Positions 28,256-37,999 of a DNA stretch of 64,000 bases are shown here, one piece after another (the first letter of the stretch is position 1; each line of letters opens with the position of its first letter). Both the position numbers and the translations under genes were made by a program. Under the pieces are notes generated by a model. That model searched no databases. It was not told the DNA's origin and saw nothing but the letters and a program-made list of their open reading frames with translations. Location: IMG/VR virus record IMGVR_UViG_3300015370_000011, positions 1-64,000 of that record, one strand, 5' to 3'. The DNA comes from a virus.

Positions 28256-31200
28256 CTATGCTATTTTTTCTAAAGTTCCCAACGTTTTACCTACCTCTAT
28301 ATCTAATTTCATTCTACATCTAAACTCCGGAAACTCAGCATCCACAACGGATTTCATTACTTTTATCATATCTTGAACATGTATATCTTTTACCAGAAAA
28401 ATTTGAGCATCATGTTGCGTTACAGATGGATAGCATTGTATATTCTGTTTTCTAGCTTGTTTCAAACTGGTTACCATATAATGGTCGTTCATATTTGATA
28501 CTTGCCCTTGAATCGGGCTATTGCGAGCTTGTCTTTCCGCTTCTGCCCTTACCCCATCATTGTCACTATCAATTTCTGGCAATCTTCGAAACCGGCCCAT
28601 ACCGGTTTTTACGTATTTAAATTCATGTGCAAAAGCGATTTGTTTTTCTAACCATCTAGCTGCTTTTGGATACCGTTCGAAAAAGAGATCGCGTACCTCT
28701 TCTGCCTGTGCCCTAGTTATCCCATATTGTTCAGCTATCGCCTTTGCGCCACGCCCAAACATCAAACCAAAAACACAATCTGCAGTATAGAATCCATTAG
28801 CTACCATAACTTTATCACCAGTAGTGATAAAATCGTGTACGGTATCTTTATCAAGTTTAGTAATCGTGTTTATTATTACTGAATATATGCTATTATTAAC
28901 CAACGTGTCTATCGTTTTATTTATTCCTAAACAATATTTTTTTATAAATGCATGCGTGATATGCTTCCGCCTTTTTACACCGTATCTTACATCAATATCT
29001 GGATGGTTTTCCTGATAGTATTTATTTACATTGTGCAAAAATTTCCTTTTATTATTCTTCTTTGGGGTACAGGATAAAATATAATCACCAGCGGATAATG
29101 CGCTAAGCGGCTTTGTAATTAAATCCGCGTTCTGATCAATTATATAGAAAGGGTGATCTAACGTGCATTTTAAGCTTCCACATTCTGTTTCCAATAAATA
29201 TAGGGTATCCTCTTTTGTTATGATTTCTAAAACCTTTTGTTTTCTATTTAGATGATCTAAAACAATATCCCCCTCTTTTATATCCCGTATGTGTTTAAAG
29301 CCTGAATCCGTTGGTATCCAAGTATCTCCTGCGACACAATTCTTCGCTGCAGTGCGTTGTTCATCAGTAACATCATCCTCTGAAACCCCAAAGACCCCTG
29401 CTGCGGTGTGTCTATGAATATCCAAACCGGATTCAATATCAGAAATCATATCTGCATCATTTGCATAGTGTGCCCAACATCTAAATTCCGCTTGTGCTAA
29501 ATCTCCTTTTACGAAAGTATATCCAGGATCCGCGACAAAGCACTCTTTGAAATTATACGCATCTCTTTGTATATTTTGCATATTTGGAGCGTGACAAGCT
29601 AATCTTCCTGTAACTGCTTGATGTTGCAGGTAACTTGCGTGTACCCTTCCATCATATGCTGATTTTTCATAGGTACTTACTAAATAAGTTGATATAAATT
29701 TTGCTATCTTTCTATGGTTCATAATGGACTGTGCTATCTTTATTTTTTTCCTATCCGCTAAATCTGTCAGTACTTCTACATCTGTTGATGGTTCTTTCGT
29801 TTTTGCAGAGAACTTTGTAGGTGTCAGTCTCAAAATGTCTTTGAAAAGAATCTCTTGTAATTGCTTTGGGGATTGTTCGTTGAATTGCCAGTCTTTATCT
29901 TTCAAGGATTTTTTGATATAATCTTCTACATTCGGGAATCTACTTTTTAGCGTTTTAGCCTTTTCCCATTTTGCTACTATCTTTTTGGACACCTTGAACA
30001 TTCTAAATTTTTCATACTTTTTGACTACTGGATCAGCGTGTACGTCTTTTCTAGCCTCTTCTCTTTTTTGTTCGTACTCCTTGATTAGTTCTGCTAATTT
30101 TTCTCGATCTACCAGAATACCCCTGAATTCCATCTCAGATAATAACTGCATCGTCGGAATTGAATACATGTCCATAAACGTTTGCAAATTTTGATCTGCT
30201 AATTGTTTCTTGAATATGTTGTATAATCTATAGGTAGCGTCTGCATCACACTGCGCATACTTGCAAAGAACAGGGTACTCAAACATATCATAAGTCACTT
30301 CATCTTTTTTTATACCCTTTTCTTTTGCTATCGCTACCTTTGCTGCTTCTAATGGTGCCCAGTATTCTCCAAGATCTAAATACCGTAATGTGCAGGCGTC
30401 CAATGCTTTCTCTCGCATATTTTCATCTAACAGCGATACTGCTAGCAGCGTATCAAAGAATGGACCTTTGACTTTTATTTCGTTGGCTAGGAACACTTGA
30501 AGATCGTATTTTATATTATGGTTTATTTTAGTTTTATCTGATAACAATATTTTTTTGAACTTGGCTAGTTGTGCAGTAGAAAGACTATCCCATTTGATAG
30601 TAACTCCAAGCCCGTCTTTCCAGGATAACGCGATGCATAAAATTTTAGCTTCAAGGTAATTCAATGAAGAAGTTTCTAAGTCACATACAAACCCGGGGAC
30701 GTTCTCTAGCTTATTTAGCACCTCATCGATATCTTCCGGTGTGGCCGCATCGATATGTTTAATTTTTTCTTTCTTTTCTAATACTGCCTTAGCTTTTGAT
30801 TCTAGTTTAATTAACTCGATCCCCTGCATAAACGTGTCAGCTACTCCAGGATTTCTAAGTACATACGCTGGATGTACTACCGGAATAACTTTTGCGTTAA
30901 ATTCTTCACTAAAGAATATATTATTCTGAAGTTTAGTAATTCCCCTCCTCTTTAGAACTGCCTCTAGTGCAACACCCCCAAGTACACCAATCACATTTGG
31001 TTGTATAATCGCTATTTCTTTTTCCAAGAAACATCTACAAGATTTTATTTCCTTGTTTCCTGGTTTAACGTTTTCATCCGGTGTTGCACATTTGACTGCA
31101 TTTGTAATATACACTTCTTTTCTATTGATTCCTACTTCCAAGAGTGCATCTGTTAAAAGCTGTCCAGAAGTACCAATAAAGGGTTTTCCATCGCGATCCT

Positions 31201-31333
31201 CATTTTGACCGGGAGCTTCACCGACTAATAGAATCTTAGCGGTTTTTGGTCCACGTCCTACCAGTAGCGGACTGTGAATCGCTACAGCCTTACGTGGACA
31301 GGTATCAGGGCATCTGGAGCGTTTATCTGGCAT
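28256..31333 (-). CDS. polA: Family A DNA polymerase fused to an N-terminal family-4 uracil-DNA glycosylase, with mini-intein
   Basis: GEAPG...AVKC...HPAYVLR (UDG-4); DLETSSL, HNIKYD, YAQCDA (3'-5' exonuclease); TGRLA..PNMQN, DLAQAE, RTAAKN|CVFG, NSPIQG, HD. Confidence 0.92.
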   Translation of the reverse strand: MPDKRSRCPDTCPRKAVAIHSPLLVGRGPKTAKILLVGEAPGQNEDRDGKPFIGTSGQLLTDALLEVGINRKEVYITNAVKCATPDENVKPGNKEIKSCRCFLEKEIAIIQPNVIGVLGGVALEAVLKRRGITKLQNNIFFSEEFNAKVIPVVHPAYVLRNPGVADTFMQGIELIKLESKAKAVLEKKEKIKHIDAATPEDIDEVLNKLENVPGFVCDLETSSLNYLEAKILCIALSWKDGLGVTIKWDSLSTAQLAKFKKILLSDKTKINHNIKYDLQVFLANEIKVKGPFFDTLLAVSLLDENMREKALDACTLRYLDLGEYWAPLEAAKVAIAKEKGIKKDEVTYDMFEYPVLCKYAQCDADATYRLYNIFKKQLADQNLQTFMDMYSIPTMQLLSEMEFRGILVDREKLAELIKEYEQKREEARKDVHADPVVKKYEKFRMFKVSKKIVAKWEKAKTLKSRFPNVEDYIKKSLKDKDWQFNEQSPKQLQEILFKDILRLTPTKFSAKTKEPSTDVEVLTDLADRKKIKIAQSIMNHRKIAKFISTYLVSTYEKSAYDGRVHASYLQHQAVTGRLACHAPNMQNIQRDAYNFKECFVADPGYTFVKGDLAQAEFRCWAHYANDADMISDIESGLDIHRHTAAGVFGVSEDDVTDEQRTAAKNCVAGDTWIPTDSGFKHIRDIKEGDIVLDHLNRKQKVLEIITKEDTLYLLETECGSLKCTLDHPFYIIDQNADLITKPLSALSAGDYILSCTPKKNNKRKFLHNVNKYYQENHPDIDVRYGVKRRKHITHAFIKKYCLGINKTIDTLVNNSIYSVIINTITKLDKDTVHDFITTGDKVMVANGFYTADCVFGLMFGRGAKAIAEQYGITRAQAEEVRDLFFERYPKAARWLEKQIAFAHEFKYVKTGMGRFRRLPEIDSDNDGVRAEAERQARNSPIQGQVSNMNDHYMVTSLKQARKQNIQCYPSVTQHDAQIFLVKDIHVQDMIKVMKSVVDAEFPEFRCRMKLDIEVGKTLGTLEKIA
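28778..29338 (-). mobile_element. Mini-intein (187 aa) ending in Ala-Asp, in polymerase motif B
   Basis: AAKN|CVAGDTWI...CTLDHPF...VHDF...ANGFYTAD|CVFG; no LAGLIDADG motifs. Confidence 0.85.
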
Positions 31334-32655
31334 TAGTCAACAATCTGGTACGTCCCACGCTTTATCTTTTTGAAGCCTGTATGTGCCTTGGCAATTTTTG
31401 TAAGCATTACGGACACATAGTTCTTTATTTTTTCTAGGCTTTTTTCTGTGAGATTGTTATCTATAATAGCCTGTGCTAGCTCTTCTCTGGTTTTCGGACC
31501 AGTCTTTAGCAGGGCAACAACCAACGCTACTTGAGAATTATCACTCATCCTTTTTCCTCTTTTCTTCTTCTTACTATCTTTGGGTTTTTCAACTGGAGTT
31601 TCGTTTACGGATGCGTGATCCTCCACAGGCTCTTCCTCTGTTTCTGGTTCTTCCTCTGTTTCTGGTTCTTCCTCTGTTTCCGATTCTTCCTCTGTTTCCG
31701 ATTCCGATTCTTCTTTTTCAACCGGTTGTTCTTCATCTTCTTGGATATCTTCAGCCTCTTGAATATAGGGTAGTACCATATAGGTTGGATCTACGTCTAT
31801 CTCCTTATCCGTAGCAATAATTAAAATCCGTACCTTATACAACATAGTTTCTACACCATCCCTAACTTCTACTTTTGTCATTATCTTCTTTGTAATTTCT
31901 ATCCGCTTTTTGTATGGCGTTATGAACTGATCCCCGACTTCTCCTGTTCCAATCTCAACTAAACCAGCCATTTTATTCTCCTTTTCTAGTTCCGTTTCAT
32001 AGGTATCATTGTCGCAATGAACACGCAATTTAAATTTCTCTGGTTCTGGATCATAGCGTGTCCGTAAAAGCGAAATGAACTTATCCCGTTCTGCCTTTGG
32101 TAGCCGTGTAACTAACTCTTGTAACTGTTGAATAGTTATCTTTTGTGGCACACCGTCCTCCTTATGTAGACACATAGATCGTAATTCATTATACTGATCT
32201 TTACCTAACCCCTCTAAAATTAAACACAGGTCTATTGGATCGCACGCGGGGATAGCCGTTCTACCACGCAATTTACCTTCAGAATCTTCGTATACTAAAT
32301 CCTCGTAAGATAAGGCGCAATAGTTTAGCTTATGCTTATACGTGTTTCTTTGTTTATGACGATCAGTAAGAACGTTATTGACCTTTGTTTTTAATAAATT
32401 ATAAAACGGTTTTCCCTGATAATACGGACCATACCTGTGCAATGCAAACCATACCTTTGATATTATTTCAGACGCCGTATCCTCCGGATCCCATTTGTCA
32501 GATATCAACGCCGCTTTCCAGACGTACCCTTTTATCAGATGTATTAGGTTTGCGGCTTTGGTCTGGTCCAGTTCCCAGGTGCCGTCTTTTCGTTTTCCAA
32601 GAACAATTTCGTCTACGCATTTCTGTAATTTTATTGTGTCCAATGGGCTCCTCAC
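31333..32655 (-). CDS. Composite protein: sigma-region-2-like N-terminus, acidic repeat linker, C-terminal winged-helix-like domain
   Basis: DPEDTASEIISKVW...LKTKVNNVLTD resembles sigma region 2; EEPETE repeats; GPKTREELAQAI...KRGTYQI; two internal SD-plus-start sites. Confidence 0.5.
   Translation of the reverse strand: MRSPLDTIKLQKCVDEIVLGKRKDGTWELDQTKAANLIHLIKGYVWKAALISDKWDPEDTASEIISKVWFALHRYGPYYQGKPFYNLLKTKVNNVLTDRHKQRNTYKHKLNYCALSYEDLVYEDSEGKLRGRTAIPACDPIDLCLILEGLGKDQYNELRSMCLHKEDGVPQKITIQQLQELVTRLPKAERDKFISLLRTRYDPEPEKFKLRVHCDNDTYETELEKENKMAGLVEIGTGEVGDQFITPYKKRIEITKKIMTKVEVRDGVETMLYKVRILIIATDKEIDVDPTYMVLPYIQEAEDIQEDEEQPVEKEESESETEEESETEEEPETEEEPETEEEPVEDHASVNETPVEKPKDSKKKKRGKRMSDNSQVALVVALLKTGPKTREELAQAIIDNNLTEKSLEKIKNYVSVMLTKIAKAHTGFKKIKRGTYQIVD
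31625..31712 (-). repeat. 18-bp tandem repeat encoding EEPETE/EESETE
   Basis: TTCTTCCTCTGTTTC(TGG/CGA) repeated about four times on the plus strand. Confidence 0.85.
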
Positions 32656-32691
32656 CGGAATATTGATAGTATTACCAAAGCTAGATTAAAG

Positions 32692-33144
32692 TCAAGAAGA
32701 ATTTTGAATATAATTGATAATTTTTTTATAGCCTATATTTAGTTGGTAAGCAATTGATAATGATTCAATACTTACGTCTGCACTCTTACTTTGCATAGTA
32801 AGCAGCAGCGTATCAAAGGCATCATACGCTTTACATTTTTTATGAAACGGTGTCTCTTCCAATGCTGCTTTAAGTTTTCCCTCAAATTTCCTGTATAGTT
32901 TATACAAGATGGTATTTTCGTTTGGGTAATCTAGAGAAGGAAATAATACATTATTTTTATTGATTTTTTTAAGTACGTCTTCAAAGCTCCCATGACTCTG
33001 ACAACCAAAACAATGGTAACTACCATCTTCGTATACTACAAATGACGGCTTAGTTTCTGCATGGAATGGACAACACGCTCTCCAACGCGCCCCTATAGAG
33101 TCTAACTCGATACCAAATACTCTGTACGCATCAGGAATTTCCAT
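32692..33144 (-). CDS. Stand-alone DnaG-type CHC2 zinc-finger protein (no TOPRIM domain)
   Basis: CPFHAETKPSF...YHCFGC; only 150 aa. Confidence 0.8.
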   Translation of the reverse strand: MEIPDAYRVFGIELDSIGARWRACCPFHAETKPSFVVYEDGSYHCFGCQSHGSFEDVLKKINKNNVLFPSLDYPNENTILYKLYRKFEGKLKAALEETPFHKKCKAYDAFDTLLLTMQSKSADVSIESLSIAYQLNIGYKKIINYIQNSS

Positions 33145-34522
33145 CCGGTTCCCTTCTTTTTATTATCGTATGTGTATCTGTGCGATCACCAACATACGTT
33201 AGTTTCCAATCCGCAAATAATGCTATCTTTCTGCCTGGATTCCCATATCTACTTTTATCGATGAGTACCCATAATCTATTCTGTAACCGATCATACGCAT
33301 CTTGTTTTAGCCTTGCGATTGATTCACAATGTGGAGCCATATAATTGGATAAACCAATGTTATGGATACCCTCAGTATCGCTATCCTTTTCTTTTTTCTT
33401 CTTTTTTTCTATATCCGTCTTTGAGGCGTCCCGACTTTCTTGTGTGGCTGTCAAAATTGCCACATTTTCAAATTTTGCAATTTCGTGGTATTCTTGAAAA
33501 AGGTTATCATATTTTTCGGATCTGCCTGAGTACCGCTTATCCGGCTCCATAATATTTGCGTAATCTATAACGATTAGATCTGGGCTTATTCCTCGTGTTG
33601 CCTTGTATAGTTCTATCTCTTCTAATATTAAAGAACTTTTGGCTCCCATGGACACATCAACAATCCATATATTTAGTTTTTCTTTCGCTTGTTTAATTAG
33701 TGCGTGTCTAAATTTTCTTCTATCTTTTCTATCTAATTTTCCGAAAATAATCTCCTTACTATCTACCCGGGCTATCCTACTATCAAAACAATTGGCAAGC
33801 AGATCAAATGCCATTTCTAATGAAAAGTACATTACATTGTAGCCTGCTCTTGCTGCATTATATGCAATATTTATAGATGTTCTTGTCTTTCCCCCGGCTG
33901 ATTTAGAATAAAGCAATGTTACAAATGTTTTTCGCATCCCCCCGAATGCCTCGTCAAGCTCAGACATACCAAACGGTATAACATTATCTGCGGCACCGCT
34001 TTCTATATTCTTATAACTATCCCAGCGCTCTTGGACAGCTTCCGAAAGTAACCCTCTGCGGATTGTGGCTTGTGTGTCAGATCCAGCAAGCAGTAAATCT
34101 GATATAATCTCTTTCTTTAACTTATTAAAATCTATTTCTTCGTGCGCATCGAATTTATCTTTTACAGCATTAGCCACGTCGTATATTGATCTTCCTAGTG
34201 CGTAGTTTTCTAATTTACTGAAATAGTAGTTTGCTTCTTCGGGCTTAGTTTTGGGTATGTTTTTTAACATATCTAACGCATCAACATACTCTTCTATTTT
34301 ATGCTCTGATGTTGCAAATTGATTTGCAAAGCTAATCAGCACTCGTTTTGTAGGTGGCGCTCTGTGTATTCCTACATACTTTTTTATCAGTGATACTAAT
34401 GCCTTAGTTTGCGAACTAGCAAACATTTCTGGATCTATTTTTAATGCCCGTATATGCGTAGGCGCACGCATCAATAACGAAATAACATGTTGCTCTACCG
34501 TTTTTGAACTTAACCTTGCCAC
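33131..34522 (-). CDS. dnaB: DnaB-like replicative helicase
   Basis: SKSAGGKT Walker A, YFSLEM, IVIDY, ATQESR, KSRYG. Confidence 0.85.
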   Translation of the reverse strand: MARLSSKTVEQHVISLLMRAPTHIRALKIDPEMFASSQTKALVSLIKKYVGIHRAPPTKRVLISFANQFATSEHKIEEYVDALDMLKNIPKTKPEEANYYFSKLENYALGRSIYDVANAVKDKFDAHEEIDFNKLKKEIISDLLLAGSDTQATIRRGLLSEAVQERWDSYKNIESGAADNVIPFGMSELDEAFGGMRKTFVTLLYSKSAGGKTRTSINIAYNAARAGYNVMYFSLEMAFDLLANCFDSRIARVDSKEIIFGKLDRKDRRKFRHALIKQAKEKLNIWIVDVSMGAKSSLILEEIELYKATRGISPDLIVIDYANIMEPDKRYSGRSEKYDNLFQEYHEIAKFENVAILTATQESRDASKTDIEKKKKKEKDSDTEGIHNIGLSNYMAPHCESIARLKQDAYDRLQNRLWVLIDKSRYGNPGRKIALFADWKLTYVGDRTDTHTIIKRREPDGNS

Positions 34523-34524
34523 GA

Positions 34525-35250
34525 TTAATCTTCTTCCAAACCTAGACGCCCAGAGGATCCAAGCAACGGAACGGTTACTAATGTAGCTAATCGATCATGC
34601 ATAAATGATGGGAAATCTTTTAATACTTTCTCAGGGTGCTCGTTTGAGCTTAACAGGAGTGAGATATTCGCGTCATGCACATCAGATAAGAACTCGAAGA
34701 AAATTTGACTTTGAAAGCTGTTCTCAGATGCTAAATACACTTTATCAATTTCTTCCAAGGCTAATATTTTTACATTATTTATTATTTTAGATATTTGATC
34801 CCGAGCATCTGGGTCTTTCAAAGCTTCGAACTTTAAACTCATCATATGACTTGATCTCGCCCAGAATGCTGAATAATTATTCTTTATCGCCTCTAGGAGG
34901 ATATAGCATATGATTGAACTCTTAGCAGTCCCAGGTGGTCCAGCAAACCAGAGCCCTTTTCCATGCGAAATCTTATTTGGTAGATACGCAATAAAATTTC
35001 TTAATAGTTCCATAGATTGTTTATTTTCTTCTTTGAATACGCGCTTAAGTTTTCTAAGATCAAAATCCTTATATTGCTTTGGTATATTTGCTTCTGCAAT
35101 TATTATTGCTCTACTTATCTTCTCTATGCAGCGGCAATCCTCGTATCTAATCCCTTTTGTGGTTTCTACTAGTTTATACCCGGTACCAACGCAGTACTTG
35201 CAGTTATCTCGTATTTTTTGTAGCTCTTCGACATCCGCTTTGATATTCAT
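34525..35250 (-). CDS. DnaC/IstB-like helicase loader ATPase
   Basis: CKYC...CRC, ANIPKQY, GPPGTAKS (variant Walker A), LALEEI, LLSSN, DRL. Confidence 0.75.
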   Translation of the reverse strand: MNIKADVEELQKIRDNCKYCVGTGYKLVETTKGIRYEDCRCIEKISRAIIIAEANIPKQYKDFDLRKLKRVFKEENKQSMELLRNFIAYLPNKISHGKGLWFAGPPGTAKSSIICYILLEAIKNNYSAFWARSSHMMSLKFEALKDPDARDQISKIINNVKILALEEIDKVYLASENSFQSQIFFEFLSDVHDANISLLLSSNEHPEKVLKDFPSFMHDRLATLVTVPLLGSSGRLGLEED

Positions 35251-35759
35251 GAATTTTCCCGCATGTATTTATCAAACTCTTGCATTTCTCTAGCTATTTT
35301 CTGATCCAGAGAATAAAAATCCTGCGTGGTTGTCAATTTAGCGTACTTGTCGGTCATGTATCTAAACAAACTCGGACTGCATATGTTCGCTACTTTTGGT
35401 CTGTTGACATTAGTAAAATACATTTTAAACGCTTTATCTATAAATTCTTTGTATGCCTTATTCCCTATACCATTACCATTTATAAATGCTTCGATTCTTT
35501 GGTACGCCCGGACAATATTTCCGTTTTGGTTATATTCTGTTCTATACTTTTCTTGATACAAATTGCAAAAGTACTGAAAGAAGTCATAGGGTTTCCATTC
35601 TTCTACCTTTTTCAATGCAGCCCAATCCCCACTTTGTTTTAAATGCTTAAGTAAACGCATATTTTTATACCTAAGCTTTTGAAGCTGTTGCATAATATGC
35701 CATTCTACAGGATCGTCTGTGGCGAGTGCCCCGTTAATTAGAGTTTCATCTAAACCCAT
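35247..35759 (-). CDS. Hypothetical replication-associated protein
   Basis: GGAGG SD before ATG 35759; directly upstream of the DnaC-like loader. Confidence 0.45.
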   Translation of the reverse strand: MGLDETLINGALATDDPVEWHIMQQLQKLRYKNMRLLKHLKQSGDWAALKKVEEWKPYDFFQYFCNLYQEKYRTEYNQNGNIVRAYQRIEAFINGNGIGNKAYKEFIDKAFKMYFTNVNRPKVANICSPSLFRYMTDKYAKLTTTQDFYSLDQKIAREMQEFDKYMRENS

Positions 35760-37189
35760 CTGGTGGCCTCCATGTAAAAATAATCGTGACATATGTTTTT
35801 ATTCTTCACTATAAAACCCTTCATTTCCATGTATTGCTTTTGTCTACGCAAGCTGTGCTTCCTAAGATATTTACCCTTATCCATAAAGTCTATAATTATG
35901 CCGATGGATTTCCCGTCTGTAGCTGTAAGAGATCTCATCTTTTGTGTTACAGATACAGAGGATTTGTACCCTTCCGCATTTATTACCGCATCAAGCGTTG
36001 GTATATTTAATCCCTCTTTTCCTACAGATCCAATTATGCACGTTATCTTTTTATTCTGTAAGGATGCATATAAGCTTTTTCTACGCTCGCTATCTATCGT
36101 CCCGTGCACAAAAACACTTCCTGGGATTAGCGCACGAAGGATTGGTCCGTGGTCTAATCGTCGAATCATAACAAATGCTGTCTTTTTCTCTTTTCTGAGC
36201 TTAGCGACGAGTTGTGCAATGAATTTATTTCTAAACTCGTTTTCAACTACGTTACTCTCATAAATATCATTAAATTCTGTAAGCCGCTTGGAAAACCAGG
36301 CATATGGTAAATCATAAAGATACACATGCGGAGTAGCCAGTCGCCCACTTTCGATTAGCTTTTTGTAGTGTACTTTATAGATAACACATCCGATTGTTTC
36401 TTCGAGTTGTATTGGATGCATCTTATCTGGTTTTGGCGTGCCCGATAAGCCTATCCGATAGCCAACGTTGATAAATCGTTTTATACACTTGCTGTTCTTA
36501 GGTGCAAATGCATGATGACATTCATCCAGTAGTAAGACTTTAGTAGAGACAATCGCTTTTTCTATCTCGTCATTTCTGTATCTCATCTTATCAGAAACGT
36601 TTTCTCTAAAAATGCTAGAGAGTGCCTGATAGCTAGAAACAACAATGTCTTCACATTGATATTGCCCCTCAGAAAAGCTTCCTATTTTTTTACCCAGATG
36701 TCGTTCTAGATCTGCTTTTGTTTGTAGCACTAGGTCTTTTCCATTCGTGATAACCCATATTGGATAATGATTTATCTTATTTATTACAGAGGCGATGACA
36801 GCAGTTTTACCGGCTCGAACTGGAGCGTGTATAATGCCATACCTGTACTGTATGGCTCGATTAACTGCTTCTACTTGAAAATCGGCTAAAGTCAAGTCTA
36901 GGACTTCAGATTTTCCAGATGGTTCGAAATTATTTTCAAAAACGATTTCAACTGCGTGCCCAATACCCGTTAAAAATGAAAAAATCCTGTAAATACATCC
37001 TGATGGTGCTGTACTATCTTTTTTTAGTAGGCAACGCTTACCATCCCAACCATATAACCTATGCGCGGTAGTGTACTCAAATCCAGGAACTATATAGGTT
37101 AGTCTTTTCTTTAATTCTTTTAGGTCCACTACTGATAAGTTTGGTTCAATACGTAAAGTGACAGCGCCCACTATAATTCGTAGATCCAC
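35750..37189 (-). CDS. SF2 DEAH-type helicase (UvsW/XPB-like)
   Basis: FQVEAV Q-motif, APVRAGKT, LLDECHH, GLSGTP, EGLNIP. Confidence 0.85.
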   Translation of the reverse strand: MDLRIIVGAVTLRIEPNLSVVDLKELKKRLTYIVPGFEYTTAHRLYGWDGKRCLLKKDSTAPSGCIYRIFSFLTGIGHAVEIVFENNFEPSGKSEVLDLTLADFQVEAVNRAIQYRYGIIHAPVRAGKTAVIASVINKINHYPIWVITNGKDLVLQTKADLERHLGKKIGSFSEGQYQCEDIVVSSYQALSSIFRENVSDKMRYRNDEIEKAIVSTKVLLLDECHHAFAPKNSKCIKRFINVGYRIGLSGTPKPDKMHPIQLEETIGCVIYKVHYKKLIESGRLATPHVYLYDLPYAWFSKRLTEFNDIYESNVVENEFRNKFIAQLVAKLRKEKKTAFVMIRRLDHGPILRALIPGSVFVHGTIDSERRKSLYASLQNKKITCIIGSVGKEGLNIPTLDAVINAEGYKSSVSVTQKMRSLTATDGKSIGIIIDFMDKGKYLRKHSLRRQKQYMEMKGFIVKNKNICHDYFYMEATRWV

Positions 37190-37195
37190 GCTAGA

Positions 37196-37999
37196 TTATA
37201 CTGTGGTATTTTTGGATTGGGCCAACTCTTTTTCTGTTCTCCTAAGAATCTTTAGATTATGCCGCCTTAGCGAATCAACACCTAATCGCAAATCAGAAAA
37301 TGTGGTTCTGTGGTGATGAAAAACAAACGTACCAAGACTAAGTAATTGTTTATACCCATGATGTCGTAAGCGCATACAAAATTCGTCGTCCTCTCCCAGG
37401 CCAATATTAAATTGTTCATTTAGCAAACCTACTTCATCAAACACTTTTCGTCTGAAGGCGGTACAGAAAAAGGCTAGATTATTTTTTTTGATGTCTAAGT
37501 ACTCTCCATCGTACTTAGCAAGCATCTGCGCGTATGCTGCTTGATTTGGGACGTATCGTGGTAGTGCTGTGCCGAACCGCATGTTTAGGTTGCCTGCTTC
37601 TTGCCACGAAATTTTACTTTGTGTTACTGGCCCAACAGCCCCGATTTCTGGGTTATGCATTAGTGGTTTTATCAGCTTGGTCGCCCATTTCCAATAGACC
37701 TCTGTATCGTTATTCAGCATTATTATATATTCACCAACAGCTTCTTTAATTCCTTGGTTTGTGGCCTTTACGAATCCCATATTATAGGCATTCTTGACCA
37801 CTTTACATCTAACTCGCGGACGTGTAGCCTGTTGTCTAATTATACTAAAAGCGTCAGCGTTAGATCCATTATCAATCCATATGATTTCGTGGGGTAGTTT
37901 TGTATTGGCCCGTATAGATTGTAAACATTTAATTGTCTTTTCTGGTTGGTTTAGAACTGGAATTATAATACTAACCACAGGCTTTGGTTGATCAGACAT
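37196..37999 (-). CDS. Glycosyltransferase family 2
   Basis: SIIIPV, IDNGS, NMGF..ATNQG, LNNDT, GEDDE. Confidence 0.9.
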   Translation of the reverse strand: MSDQPKPVVSIIIPVLNQPEKTIKCLQSIRANTKLPHEIIWIDNGSNADAFSIIRQQATRPRVRCKVVKNAYNMGFVKATNQGIKEAVGEYIIMLNNDTEVYWKWATKLIKPLMHNPEIGAVGPVTQSKISWQEAGNLNMRFGTALPRYVPNQAAYAQMLAKYDGEYLDIKKNNLAFFCTAFRRKVFDEVGLLNEQFNIGLGEDDEFCMRLRHHGYKQLLSLGTFVFHHHRTTFSDLRLGVDSLRRHNLKILRRTEKELAQSKNTTV

